A stretch of 64,000 nucleotides of DNA from Acetatifactor sp. (GTDB taxonomy: Bacteria; Bacillota; Clostridia; Lachnospirales; Lachnospiraceae). Made by a program: the position numbers and the translations under genes. The notes beneath the pieces are model-generated. The model had not been told where the DNA came from and did not search any database. It was given only the letters and a program-made list of their open reading frames with translations. Of this stretch, positions 21,166-29,663 are shown piece after piece. The stretch spans positions 22,821 through 86,820 of the forward strand of contig JAZNQI010000046.1 in assembly GCA_045590095.1 (NCBI GenBank). Reading direction: 5' to 3'. Each line of letters begins with the position of its first letter. The stretch's first letter is position 1.

Positions 21166-21375
21166 TTATTCGGTCCGGTCAAAAATATTCATATAGAAGG
21201 TAAGTAAGTATAAACCACATAAACCGACTAAAGAATATACAATTCTGGAAAGCCAAGTCATGTCACCAAAAATAAAGGCAACTAAATCAAAGCGAAATAA
21301 GCCGATAAGCCCCCAGTTAACTGCACCAATAATTGCAATAGTAAGTGCTGCACAATCTAAATATCTTTTACCCAT
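21166..21375 (-). CDS. DUF378 (YuzA-like) small membrane protein
   Basis: IIGAVNWGLIG...DLVA.IFG...SRIVY.LVGL; ATG at 21375 after GGAGG. Confidence 0.88.
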   Translation of the reverse strand: MGKRYLDCAALTIAIIGAVNWGLIGLFRFDLVAFIFGDMTWLSRIVYSLVGLCGLYLLTFYMNIFDRTE

Positions 21376-21419
21376 GATTAACCTCCATTCTATATTCAAA
21401 TTACATTTGAATTCATTAC

Positions 21420-21448
21420 TAGTGTAACCGGGATAAAAGAATTTATTC
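21420..21448 (-). promoter_or_regulatory. Putative sigma-F/G promoter of the DUF378 gene
   Basis: Minus strand GAATA-14bp-GGTTACACTA. Confidence 0.4.
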
Positions 21449-21453
21449 AAAAA

Positions 21454-22071
21454 TTATCGATAAAAACGATAAACACCAAATACTTTTCCTACAATCTGAC
21501 AATCATCTACAATGATGGGATCCATATCGTCGTTTTCGGGCTGAAGACGAATATGTCCGTTTTCTTTATAAAAAGTTTTAACGGTAGCGGAATCATCTAT
21601 CAAAGCAACAACCATATCGCCGTTGTTTGCGGTGTTGCAGGAATGTACAAAGATTCGGTCGCCACTGAAAATGCCGGCATTAATCATGGAATCACCACGA
21701 ACCTTTAATATAAAAGATTCACCCTTAGGTACAACATCTGCGGGAACAGGGAAGTATTCTTCAATATTTTCCTCTGCAAGTATGGGCTGACCGGCTGCAA
21801 CATTTCCGATAACAGGAAGGCTGACCATTTCGGTACGCACAATCTGGAAGCTGTCATCGCAAATTTCAATGGCACGTGGTTTGGTAGGGTCACGACGAAT
21901 ATATCCGTTTTTTTCCAATGTTTCTAAGTGCGAGTGTACGGAAGAGGTAGATTTTAAATTAACAGTTTCGCCGATTTCACGTACTGTAGGCGGATAGCCT
22001 CTCTTTAAAATTTCATCTTTAATATAATCTAAAATCTGTTGTTGTTTCGCAGTGATTTTACCATAACCCAT
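21454..22071 (-). CDS. lexA: SOS repressor LexA
   Basis: PPTVREI wHTH, VAAG cleavage site, GDSM serine and TVK lysine. Confidence 0.97.
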   Translation of the reverse strand: MGYGKITAKQQQILDYIKDEILKRGYPPTVREIGETVNLKSTSSVHSHLETLEKNGYIRRDPTKPRAIEICDDSFQIVRTEMVSLPVIGNVAAGQPILAEENIEEYFPVPADVVPKGESFILKVRGDSMINAGIFSGDRIFVHSCNTANNGDMVVALIDDSATVKTFYKENGHIRLQPENDDMDPIIVDDCQIVGKVFGVYRFYR

Positions 22072-22154
22072 AAAAGTTCCTCCTTATATGTAAGTATTAA
22101 TGATGTTAATTTCTTTGAATTAAATATATAATAACACAGAAAAATCAAAAAAGC

Positions 22155-22254
22155 AAACATATATTCCAAAAATATGTTCGATTTTTGTGTTGACAAACGA
22201 AAATATGTTCGATATAATAAGAACAACAAGAACAAATGTTCCGAACAATCATTC
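22155..22254. promoter_or_regulatory. Array of five LexA (Cheo) boxes GAAC-N4-GTTC
   Basis: AAACATATATTC 22155, AAAAATATGTTC 22168, GAAAATATGTTC 22199, GAACAAATGTTC 22230 (perfect), GAACAATCATTC 22243. Confidence 0.85.
22190..22218 (+). promoter_or_regulatory. Consensus sigma-A promoter of the yneA-like gene
   Basis: TTGACA-17bp-TATAAT with a LexA box in the spacer. Confidence 0.85.
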
Positions 22255-22302
22255 GAATAAGTGGTTGATTTTATTTTGAAGATATTACACAGGAGGAAAG
22301 AT

Positions 22303-22686
22303 ATGAGTACACCTACATATAAAAGAATGACCGAGAGAGAATATAAAAACTATCAAAGAAAAATGCGAAGAGAGCGAGAATTACGCAGAAAATATTTATT
22401 TGCTGCACTTAGTTTCGTAGTAATTTTGGTATGTGTATTCTCACTGAAATCCATTACTTCAAAAGCAGTTGATGAATCAGATATTATCTACAAATATTTT
22501 AAGACCTATGAAGTAGCTAATGATGACACTTTATGGAGTATTGCTAAGGAGCATATAGATTACGAGTATTATGATGATGTAAATGAATATATTGACGAAG
22601 TGGTTTCTATCAATCATTTGAACGGTGATACGATTCTGTATGGACAGAGTATTATTATTCCATATTTTTCTGCAGAGTTTCGTTAA
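22303..22686 (+). CDS. yneA: LysM-domain SOS cell division inhibitor (YneA-like)
   Basis: Basic N-terminus, one TM, DTLWSIA...IN.L..I..GQ.IIIP LysM; divergent from lexA. Confidence 0.82.
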   Translation: MSTPTYKRMTEREYKNYQRKMRRERELRRKYLFAALSFVVILVCVFSLKSITSKAVDESDIIYKYFKTYEVANDDTLWSIAKEHIDYEYYDDVNEYIDEVVSINHLNGDTILYGQSIIIPYFSAEFR

Positions 22687-22710
22687 AATAATTCTGATTA
22701 TAAAATATTC

Positions 22711-22753
22711 AAGACCGTATACCAGAGTTTGTCTGTAATATACGGTCTTTTTT
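22711..22753. terminator. Terminator between yneA and the xer gene
   Basis: AAGACCGTATA...TATACGGTCTT then T-tract. Confidence 0.7.
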
Positions 22754-22766
22754 GTATAACTAATGT

Positions 22767-23822
22767 TTACTCACGTAATCGTACCTTATTTGCTGCCAGG
22801 CGTCGTTGCATATCATCCTGAGCGGCATAATGTTTTTTGGTCGTATTTACATCGTTATGGCCTAAAACTGCAGCGACAAGGTAAATATCATCCGTTTCTC
22901 TGTAAAGAGATGTACCATAGGTACTACGAAGTTTATGTGGAGTAATCTTTTTCAAGGTTGTAACGCGTGACGCATATTTTTTTACCAGTTTCTCTACAGA
23001 ACGTACAGAGATTCTTTTGTTTTGTAAAGATAAAAAGAGTGCATTCTCATGTCCTTCATCCGGAATAATATGTTCTCGTTGTTCTATATAATCGAGCAAT
23101 GCAATTTCTACTTCGTCGCCAAAGTAAACTACAGCTTCTTTACCACCTTTTCTCAAGATATGTATTCCGTTTACATCAAAATCTACGTCGTTTAAATCAA
23201 GTCCCACACATTCAGATACACGAATACCGGTTCCCAGCAGAAGAGTAATAAGAGCAACATCTCTAAGTTTGGTTTTCTTATGATATTCTAATTCTTTTTT
23301 TGTTAATTTGGCACCTTCCTCAACCTGATCCAACAAAATAGCAACTTCGTTAGGTTCCAGACGTATAATTTCTTTGTCGTGAAGCTTGGGTACGGGAACT
23401 AATGCAGCAGGATTGGTTTGTATCATTTCGTTTTCGTAGTAAAATCTGTAAAAACTTCGAAGAGATGAAATCTTTCTGGATTTGCCACGTTCTTCATTAG
23501 TAATTTCCAAACCGTCTTTGGTATAATACGAAACATAATCTAAATATTCCAATATATCACTTCTGGATATTTGGTCCAAAATGCCTATTTTAAAATCACA
23601 TATTTCCGTATTACTATACAGAGGATTATTGTTTTTAATAAATTCAAAGAAAACTCTGATGTCATAAGCATATGCCAAACGTGTTCTGGCAGAAGTATAA
23701 TGTTCAATACCGCGAAAATACTCTTTACAAAAAGCCGGTAATGTATTCAGGATATTACGCATTTTCAATATATTTTGTTTGCTTTGTTCATCATGATAGG
23801 TAGTTGGTTTATTTATTGCCAA
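22767..23822 (-). CDS. Xer-type tyrosine recombinase (351 aa, XerS-like length)
   Basis: GIRVSE (R), RKGGK (K), HKLR (HxxR), LGH and KHY (Y) all intact; no phage genes nearby. Confidence 0.9.
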   Translation of the reverse strand: MAINKPTTYHDEQSKQNILKMRNILNTLPAFCKEYFRGIEHYTSARTRLAYAYDIRVFFEFIKNNNPLYSNTEICDFKIGILDQISRSDILEYLDYVSYYTKDGLEITNEERGKSRKISSLRSFYRFYYENEMIQTNPAALVPVPKLHDKEIIRLEPNEVAILLDQVEEGAKLTKKELEYHKKTKLRDVALITLLLGTGIRVSECVGLDLNDVDFDVNGIHILRKGGKEAVVYFGDEVEIALLDYIEQREHIIPDEGHENALFLSLQNKRISVRSVEKLVKKYASRVTTLKKITPHKLRSTYGTSLYRETDDIYLVAAVLGHNDVNTTKKHYAAQDDMQRRLAANKVRLRE

Positions 23823-24540
23823 AGTATTCAGGCCATCCTTTCATATTACCGTTTTGAATAGCGGTAAACATTCTTTCTTTTACACCGGGATTCTCTAAAT
23901 TTAATTGTCGAAGTAATTGCTTAGTATATTCGCGCTTGGTATAACCATCTGCCGGGCAGGGACTTTTCACAACAGGAACTTCGTATTTGTTAATAAAACC
24001 GATAACATCTGACTCGTTCATATACATCAACGGGCGGATTACAGTTAAGTCCATGCGATCTAAATAGGTAACCGGTGAAAAAGTATGGAAGCGTCCTTCA
24101 AAAATAAGGGACATGAGCATAGTTTCCACTACATCATCCTTGTGATGTGCATAAGCTACTTTGTTGCAACCGGCAGCTTTAATGGCATCATTTAAAGCGC
24201 CTTTACGCATCTTGGCACATAAGGAACAGGGGTTGGTTTCTTTGCGGTCATCAAAAATAATTTTAGCTATGTCAGTTTCTACAATAGTATATTCTACATT
24301 TAACTCCTCACAGATAGCCTTTATTTTGTCCAAATTTACATTTTTAAAGCCTAAGTCAACTGTTACAGCATGAATCTCAAATTTCTTCGGATAAAAGCGT
24401 TTCAGACCGTGCAGAGCATAGAGGAGTGTGAGAGAATCTTTTCCACCGGAAATCCCGATTGCGATTTTATCGCCATCCTCAATCATATGATAATCGTCGA
24501 TTGCGCGACGAACATAACTAAGTACTTGTTGCAGTTTCAT
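23809..24540 (-). CDS. ttcA: tRNA 2-thiocytidine biosynthesis TtcA family protein
   Basis: SGGKDS PP-loop, CSLC, AHHKDD and IRPL. Confidence 0.85.
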   Translation of the reverse strand: MKLQQVLSYVRRAIDDYHMIEDGDKIAIGISGGKDSLTLLYALHGLKRFYPKKFEIHAVTVDLGFKNVNLDKIKAICEELNVEYTIVETDIAKIIFDDRKETNPCSLCAKMRKGALNDAIKAAGCNKVAYAHHKDDVVETMLMSLIFEGRFHTFSPVTYLDRMDLTVIRPLMYMNESDVIGFINKYEVPVVKSPCPADGYTKREYTKQLLRQLNLENPGVKERMFTAIQNGNMKGWPEYFGNK

Positions 24541-24574
24541 AAAATATTTTGCCTTTCTTATATTAACTAGTTTT

Positions 24575-24603
24575 ATTTTATCTTTTTTTTTCACATACGA
24601 CAA
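24575..24603 (-). promoter_or_regulatory. Putative sigma-A promoter of ttcA-xer
   Basis: Minus strand TTGTCG-17bp-TAAAAT. Confidence 0.5.
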
Positions 24604-24614
24604 GGTTTTTTTGC

Positions 24615-24643
24615 TTGTTTATCGCAGGAAGAAAGTGTATGAT
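24615..24643 (+). promoter_or_regulatory. Putative sigma-A promoter of dtd
   Basis: TTGTTT-17bp-TATGAT. Confidence 0.5.
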
Positions 24644-24670
24644 AGGAATAGTGAGAGAGGAGCAATACTT

Positions 24671-25123
24671 ATGAGATTTGTGATTCAAAGAGTAAAAGAA
24701 GCAAATGTAGTTGTGGAAGGGAAAACAATAGGTGCTATTGAGAAGGGATTTTTGGTTTTGGTTGGCATCAATAATGATGATACCAAAGAGATAGCAGACA
24801 AAATGGTAAAAAAACTGATTGGATTACGTATTTTTGAAGATGAAAACGGTAAAACAAATCTAGCACTTAGTGATGTAAACGGAAGCTTGTTAGTTATTTC
24901 ACAATTTACATTATACGCTGATTGCAGAAAGGGTAACAGACCATCTTTTACGGATGCCGGTTCTCCAGATATGGCAAATACTTTATATGAGTACATATTA
25001 AATAAATGCAGGGAACAGATTTTTGATGTGCAAAAAGGGGAATTCGGAGCTGATATGAAGGTTTCACTTGTTAATGACGGCCCCTTTACCGTTATTTTGG
25101 ATTCGGATTTAATATGCAAATAA
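24671..25123 (+). CDS. dtd: D-aminoacyl-tRNA deacylase
   Basis: [19 protein letters not shown] and NDGPFT. Confidence 0.97.
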   Translation: MRFVIQRVKEANVVVEGKTIGAIEKGFLVLVGINNDDTKEIADKMVKKLIGLRIFEDENGKTNLALSDVNGSLLVISQFTLYADCRKGNRPSFTDAGSPDMANTLYEYILNKCREQIFDVQKGEFGADMKVSLVNDGPFTVILDSDLICK

Positions 25124-25137
25124 AAAGGAGAAAAACA

Positions 25138-25770
25138 ATGAATGATTTGAAGAAAAAACCAATGATCGCATTATCTTTTGATGATGGTCCTAATTTGGAA
25201 ATTACCCCTTTAGTATTGGATATTTTGGAAGAGTATCATATTCCAGCATCGTTTTTTGTAATTGGAAATAATATTAATGATATTACAATTCCTGTAATGA
25301 AACGTGCGGTTTCTCTTGGTTGCGATATTGAAAATCATACGGTCAGTCATAAATTTATGAATCAATTATCGTTAGAGGAAATTAAATTCGAAGTAGATAA
25401 TGTTGATGAAAAAATAGCTGATATTATAGGACGAAAACCACAATTTTTCAGACCACCTTTTATTGCAGTAAAAGACGAAATGTATGATGTCATTAAAATG
25501 CCGTTTATTTGTGGTATCGGATGTAATGACTGGATGATTGAAACAAGCGCTGAGGAACGAATTGAAACAGTTTTAAAGGAAGCCAGGGACGGCGTTATCT
25601 ATTTGTTGCATGATATGTTGAATAATATGAATACTGTAAATGCTATGAAAGTGTTTGTTCCTAAATTATTGGAACGAGGCTTTGAATTTGTAACAGTTGC
25701 GCAATTATTTGCTGCAAAAGGTGTTGATATAAACAATCCGGAGCGTAAATTATACTCGGTTGTGGAATAA
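25138..25770 (+). CDS. Polysaccharide deacetylase (NodB/CE4), no signal peptide
   Basis: SFDDGP, NHTVSH, FRPPF, DW and LLHD. Confidence 0.9.
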   Translation: MNDLKKKPMIALSFDDGPNLEITPLVLDILEEYHIPASFFVIGNNINDITIPVMKRAVSLGCDIENHTVSHKFMNQLSLEEIKFEVDNVDEKIADIIGRKPQFFRPPFIAVKDEMYDVIKMPFICGIGCNDWMIETSAEERIETVLKEARDGVIYLLHDMLNNMNTVNAMKVFVPKLLERGFEFVTVAQLFAAKGVDINNPERKLYSVVE

Positions 25771-25805
25771 AAAAGGGTTTGGGAGTAGTGTATTAAGAGA
25801 TATGC

Positions 25806-25839
25806 AACTATTCGCAAAAGTCTAGTTTAACGAATAGTT
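25806..25839. other. Candidate dif (chromosome dimer resolution) site
   Basis: AACTATTCGCAAAA-GTCTAG-TTTAACGAATAGTT: inverted arms identical at 12/14 around a 6-bp spacer; intergenic, at the strand-bias switch, 2 kb from the Xer gene. Confidence 0.65.
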
Positions 25840-25884
25840 AACCGCAAAAACAGTACTTTTGGTGCTATTTTGCCGTTAACTATT
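25833..25884. terminator. Long hairpin between convergent genes, overlapping the right arm of the dif candidate
   Basis: AATAGTTAAC-CGCAAAA...TTTTGCC-GTTAACTATT. Confidence 0.5.
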
Positions 25885-25891
25885 GCACAAT

Positions 25892-26128
25892 CTATTTGGC
25901 CATTTGAGACAACTCTTTCAGTTTTTCCATTAATTCCAAATCATCCTGTGTAATTTTAATGTTGGTTGTCATTTCTTTTCCGTCCGGTGTAATTGCTTTA
26001 CATTCCAAAACGGTTCCTTCATGTATGCCTGATTCAGACATTGCTTTTACAAATTGGACAAATCTTGGGTGGTTTTCTTGGAACTTTCCCAATGAAGATT
26101 TTAAAGCTAAAAATGCCAATGGATTCAT
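25892..26128 (-). CDS. Small hypothetical protein
   Basis: GGAGG RBS; plausible 78-aa globular sequence (F.ENHP.F, NIKITQDDLEL). Confidence 0.75.
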   Translation of the reverse strand: MNPLAFLALKSSLGKFQENHPRFVQFVKAMSESGIHEGTVLECKAITPDGKEMTTNIKITQDDLELMEKLKELSQMAK

Positions 26129-26159
26129 CTATTTATTGCCTCCGTTTCTGTAATGATTT

Positions 26160-27146
26160 TTAATTTAAAACAATAAGCGGATTTTCATTATGTTGCATCA
26201 TATCCTGTACGCCCTTGATTGATTTATATGCCATGTCCCAAACAACTTTTTCTGTATAAAATGCTGTATGTGGTGACAAAATTACATTTGGAAATGATTT
26301 TAATACAGCCATTTGACGATTTTCAATGGCATCACCCATACGATTAATGTAATATAATCCGTCTTCCTTTTCTAATACATCCAAAGCTGCATGACCGATT
26401 TTACCATGTTCAATAGCAGAAATTAATGCATCTGTATCAATTAATGTGCCGCGGGCTGTATTTATAATGATTACACCCTTCTTCATCTGTTCGAATGCAT
26501 GTTCGTTAAGCATATGATAATTATCGGTAGTTGCCGGTGTATGTAAAGTGATAATATCTGCTTGTTGGTATAATTTTTCCAAAGAAACATATTCAGCATA
26601 TTTTTTTACTTCTTCATTTGGATAAATATCGTATGCAAGCATTTTACAGCCAAAACCGGATAAATGTTTTATTACGGTTTTGCCGATTTGACCGGTGCCG
26701 ATGATTCCTACGGTACAATCGCTTAAATCTTTACCCATTTTGCCTTTTAAGGTATAATCCTGAACTTTGGAACGTTCCAGAATATGACAAATATTACGAC
26801 AACACATGAGCATAAGCATAATACTGTAATCAGCAACTGTTTGGGGGGCATAACTTACATGACAAACACCCATTCCCAATTCTTTGGCTTTCTGCAAATC
26901 AATATGATCAAATCCAATGGAACGCGTTGCAATATAACGAACTCCCACAGCATAAAAACGTTCTAACATATCAGCATCCAAATTGCATGGAGTTGCACTG
27001 ATAGCATCATATCCGGCGGCCAAATGTACGTTTTGGGGGCTGGGATATTCGGTGGAATATCCATATTCCGCATCAAAATCTTTGATTAAATTATCCCAAA
27101 AGGGTTTCTCGTCAAATTCTCTAAAGCAATATGCAAAAATTTTCAT
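26160..27146 (-). CDS. D-isomer-specific 2-hydroxyacid (D-lactate-type) dehydrogenase
   Basis: GTGQIG, INTARG, LDVLE.E and SPHTAF. Confidence 0.92.
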   Translation of the reverse strand: MKIFAYCFREFDEKPFWDNLIKDFDAEYGYSTEYPSPQNVHLAAGYDAISATPCNLDADMLERFYAVGVRYIATRSIGFDHIDLQKAKELGMGVCHVSYAPQTVADYSIMLMLMCCRNICHILERSKVQDYTLKGKMGKDLSDCTVGIIGTGQIGKTVIKHLSGFGCKMLAYDIYPNEEVKKYAEYVSLEKLYQQADIITLHTPATTDNYHMLNEHAFEQMKKGVIIINTARGTLIDTDALISAIEHGKIGHAALDVLEKEDGLYYINRMGDAIENRQMAVLKSFPNVILSPHTAFYTEKVVWDMAYKSIKGVQDMMQHNENPLIVLN

Positions 27147-27178
27147 GTTTGATTTTCTCCCGATTTTTTTAGATTAAA

Positions 27179-27751
27179 TTATTGACCAAAACAGTCACTG
27201 TTTGTAAAAAAATAAGCTGCTAATTGGGCTCTGGAACTAAATTCAGCATGTTTGAGCAATTCTCTTACTTCCTCTTTGGTGTAAAAACGTGCTTTTATTT
27301 CTTCATTATCCGATGTGTGGTCTGAAAATTCACCCTCTACTTCTACGAATGCAATATTGGTTTTTGTATCCGAAATGGCAACCGCGGCATAGGAAGGCGG
27401 AAGGATTTCTTTGATTTCCTTCAGACATAAGCCTGTTTCTTCAAATAATTCCCTGGCAATACACTCTTCTATACTCTCGTGTTCTTCTTGCATACCCGCA
27501 CAGAGGTTGTATATTGTTTTGTTTACCCCCATACGAAACTCTTGTAAAAGTAATAATCGTCCGTTATAAGTCGCAACGATGGAAACGCCGCTGGAATGTT
27601 TGCCGACATCTTCAATAGTTGTTAGATTTTTACGGCTGACAATTTCGTATTTTTTTTCTTTGCCGGCTTTATTAATGTAAGTCAATTCATAACTTTTTAA
27701 ATACTTGCCGTCACGAACTTTTTCCATACTGATAAATTTCATATGGTTCAT
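27179..27751 (-). CDS. NUDIX hydrolase (ADP-ribose pyrophosphatase-like)
   Basis: Nudix box AGMQEEHESIEECIARELFEETG. Confidence 0.9.
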   Translation of the reverse strand: MNHMKFISMEKVRDGKYLKSYELTYINKAGKEKKYEIVSRKNLTTIEDVGKHSSGVSIVATYNGRLLLLQEFRMGVNKTIYNLCAGMQEEHESIEECIARELFEETGLCLKEIKEILPPSYAAVAISDTKTNIAFVEVEGEFSDHTSDNEEIKARFYTKEEVRELLKHAEFSSRAQLAAYFFTNSDCFGQ

Positions 27752-28956
27752 CCTTTCAATTGTTCGGATAGTGGCTTATAAACTTTTTTTCTGGTAAGTT
27801 CCATAAGACCCAGTGGTGTTATATCAATTACTGTGGTTGTGTTATTGTCGTCAGAAAGCAAAGTTTTCATATATTCCAGTAAACTATTTTCTGCTTCTTT
27901 GTCGACCATATTGATAAAGTCAATAATAATGATGCCGGAAAGATTGCGTAAACGTATTTGAAGTGCCGATTCCCTGGCTGCTTCACGGTTAATTTGTTGA
28001 ATTTCTTCAGCTGAAATCTGACCTTTGATTGACTTGGCAGAATTCACATCGATGGTAGTCAGACATTCGGTTGATTCAATAATCAGATTAGCTCCTGATT
28101 TTAACCATATACACTTGCCAAGTGCTTCTTTAATTTTAGATTCCAAGGAATATAATTTGCACAAGGGGTAATTATTATCCTCATAGAATCGGACTGGTAT
28201 TGGTTGTGCTTGCAAAGTTGTATAAGCCTCATTTAGGTCTGTAAGCACTTCATCATACTCGTTTATACCATATGGTGATAAAAGGCTTATATAGGGCAAA
28301 TTCGGCGTGTAAATACGCTGGAAGCAGGTTGCATGCTTGGCTTTTTGAAATAAATCAAGAAAAGTTTCTTGTTCTTGCTTAAAAATATTCCAAAACAGTT
28401 CTTCTGATGTAGCTAAAACTTCTGCAGCCTGTGTGCGCACAATACATCCATAATCTGTGATTAGGGACTGAGTGGTTGTATTATATTCTCCATTCTCATT
28501 CAACATATTGTGTAACAGAAACTGATTTTTAATTTGTTCTTTTTGTTCTTTGTTTAGTTTAGAAGAAATACCTAAGGTTCTGTTGCCGGCAGTAAATACA
28601 AATAAATTGCCCGTATACGTAATATTGCAACTGACGGAAGCTTGTTTGCCTTTTGATGCATCTCTGGTAATTTGAACCAAAAGTTCATCACCTTGTACGG
28701 GCAATCCTTGCAGTGAACGATTAATACAAAAAGTATTGGTTAATTCACGAAAAGGCAAAAAACATATTTCTTTCTGAGCAATTTCTATAAAGCATGCCTG
28801 AATATTATGAAGTACATTTTTGACCTTTCCGATATAAACGGAGCCGATTTCAGAATCGTTATTTAATGTATTTACACACAGTAAACGATTGTTATGCATT
28901 AAAAAGGAACATATTTTATCTTCATATTTTGTAATAATTACTTTTTTGTCATTCAT
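27748..28956 (-). CDS. rng: Ribonuclease E/G family protein
   Basis: S1 domain (IGSVYIGKV), IDVNS, QIRLRNLSGIIIIDFI and LGLMELTR. Confidence 0.9.
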   Translation of the reverse strand: MNDKKVIITKYEDKICSFLMHNNRLLCVNTLNNDSEIGSVYIGKVKNVLHNIQACFIEIAQKEICFLPFRELTNTFCINRSLQGLPVQGDELLVQITRDASKGKQASVSCNITYTGNLFVFTAGNRTLGISSKLNKEQKEQIKNQFLLHNMLNENGEYNTTTQSLITDYGCIVRTQAAEVLATSEELFWNIFKQEQETFLDLFQKAKHATCFQRIYTPNLPYISLLSPYGINEYDEVLTDLNEAYTTLQAQPIPVRFYEDNNYPLCKLYSLESKIKEALGKCIWLKSGANLIIESTECLTTIDVNSAKSIKGQISAEEIQQINREAARESALQIRLRNLSGIIIIDFINMVDKEAENSLLEYMKTLLSDDNNTTTVIDITPLGLMELTRKKVYKPLSEQLKG

Positions 28957-29660
28957 ATATCATTTCCAATATGGTCTAAAGGTACGAAACGAGGCTTCAT
29001 GCCCGGTTTTGCGAGATTTGTATAAGTATCTTCTCTGGTTATCATTAAGGCATTCTCCGGTAATGTCTCTCCAAACATGGATACATAGGTTTCGATAACC
29101 ATAGAGGGTTTAATATTTCCTGCACTGGATGCATCTACAAATAAGTACAGAGAACCATCTTCATTTGCTCTGAATTCATAAATACCGGGTTTTAAGTCTA
29201 CCTCCAAAGTACTCTTTTTGGTTTCCTTGGTAATCAGTATTTGCTCCTGAGCTAAATAATCCTTAATATGACCGCAATAGTCAAAATGAGGCTCTCTTCC
29301 ATTTCGAAAACGAATAGTGTAGGAAGCGGCAGCTACGCTGGCCATTGCATTGCCTGCACCTTCCGGAAGCTCTTTCATGGAAATGATTTCAATACCGGGG
29401 ACGCTGGCTGTATTTAAACGTTCTACCATGTCCTTGCTTGTAGTAACGGAATGTAATTCAATATCCATATATTCACCATTACTTTCCAAACCCACACCTA
29501 AAGGCGCAGCAAAAGACATTATTTGATGTGGACTGTATCCGGAAGTATAGGCGATGTCTAACTCAGCGCGACGAATGGCTTTTTGAAAGAAACGCATTAC
29601 ATCCAAATGCCCGATAAAACGTACCGGACCGAATTTTTTAAATTTAACTCTGACTTTCAT
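28953..29660 (-). CDS. Radical SAM-linked protein (TIGR03936/DUF2344 type)
   Basis: RFIGHLD, GYSPH and PLGVG.ES.GEY; adjacent to the radical SAM gene. Confidence 0.88.
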   Translation of the reverse strand: MKVRVKFKKFGPVRFIGHLDVMRFFQKAIRRAELDIAYTSGYSPHQIMSFAAPLGVGLESNGEYMDIELHSVTTSKDMVERLNTASVPGIEIISMKELPEGAGNAMASVAAASYTIRFRNGREPHFDYCGHIKDYLAQEQILITKETKKSTLEVDLKPGIYEFRANEDGSLYLFVDASSAGNIKPSMVIETYVSMFGETLPENALMITREDTYTNLAKPGMKPRFVPLDHIGNDI

Positions 29661-29663
29661 ATA

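Noticed and set aside
22767-23822. Tyrosine recombinase as a prophage or ICE integrase
   Set aside because: No att repeats, tRNA, excisionase or mobile genes; it overlaps housekeeping ttcA in the ter region.
26160-27146. VanH-like resistance gene
   Set aside because: No vanA/vanX/vanRS neighbours; generic D-2-hydroxyacid dehydrogenase.
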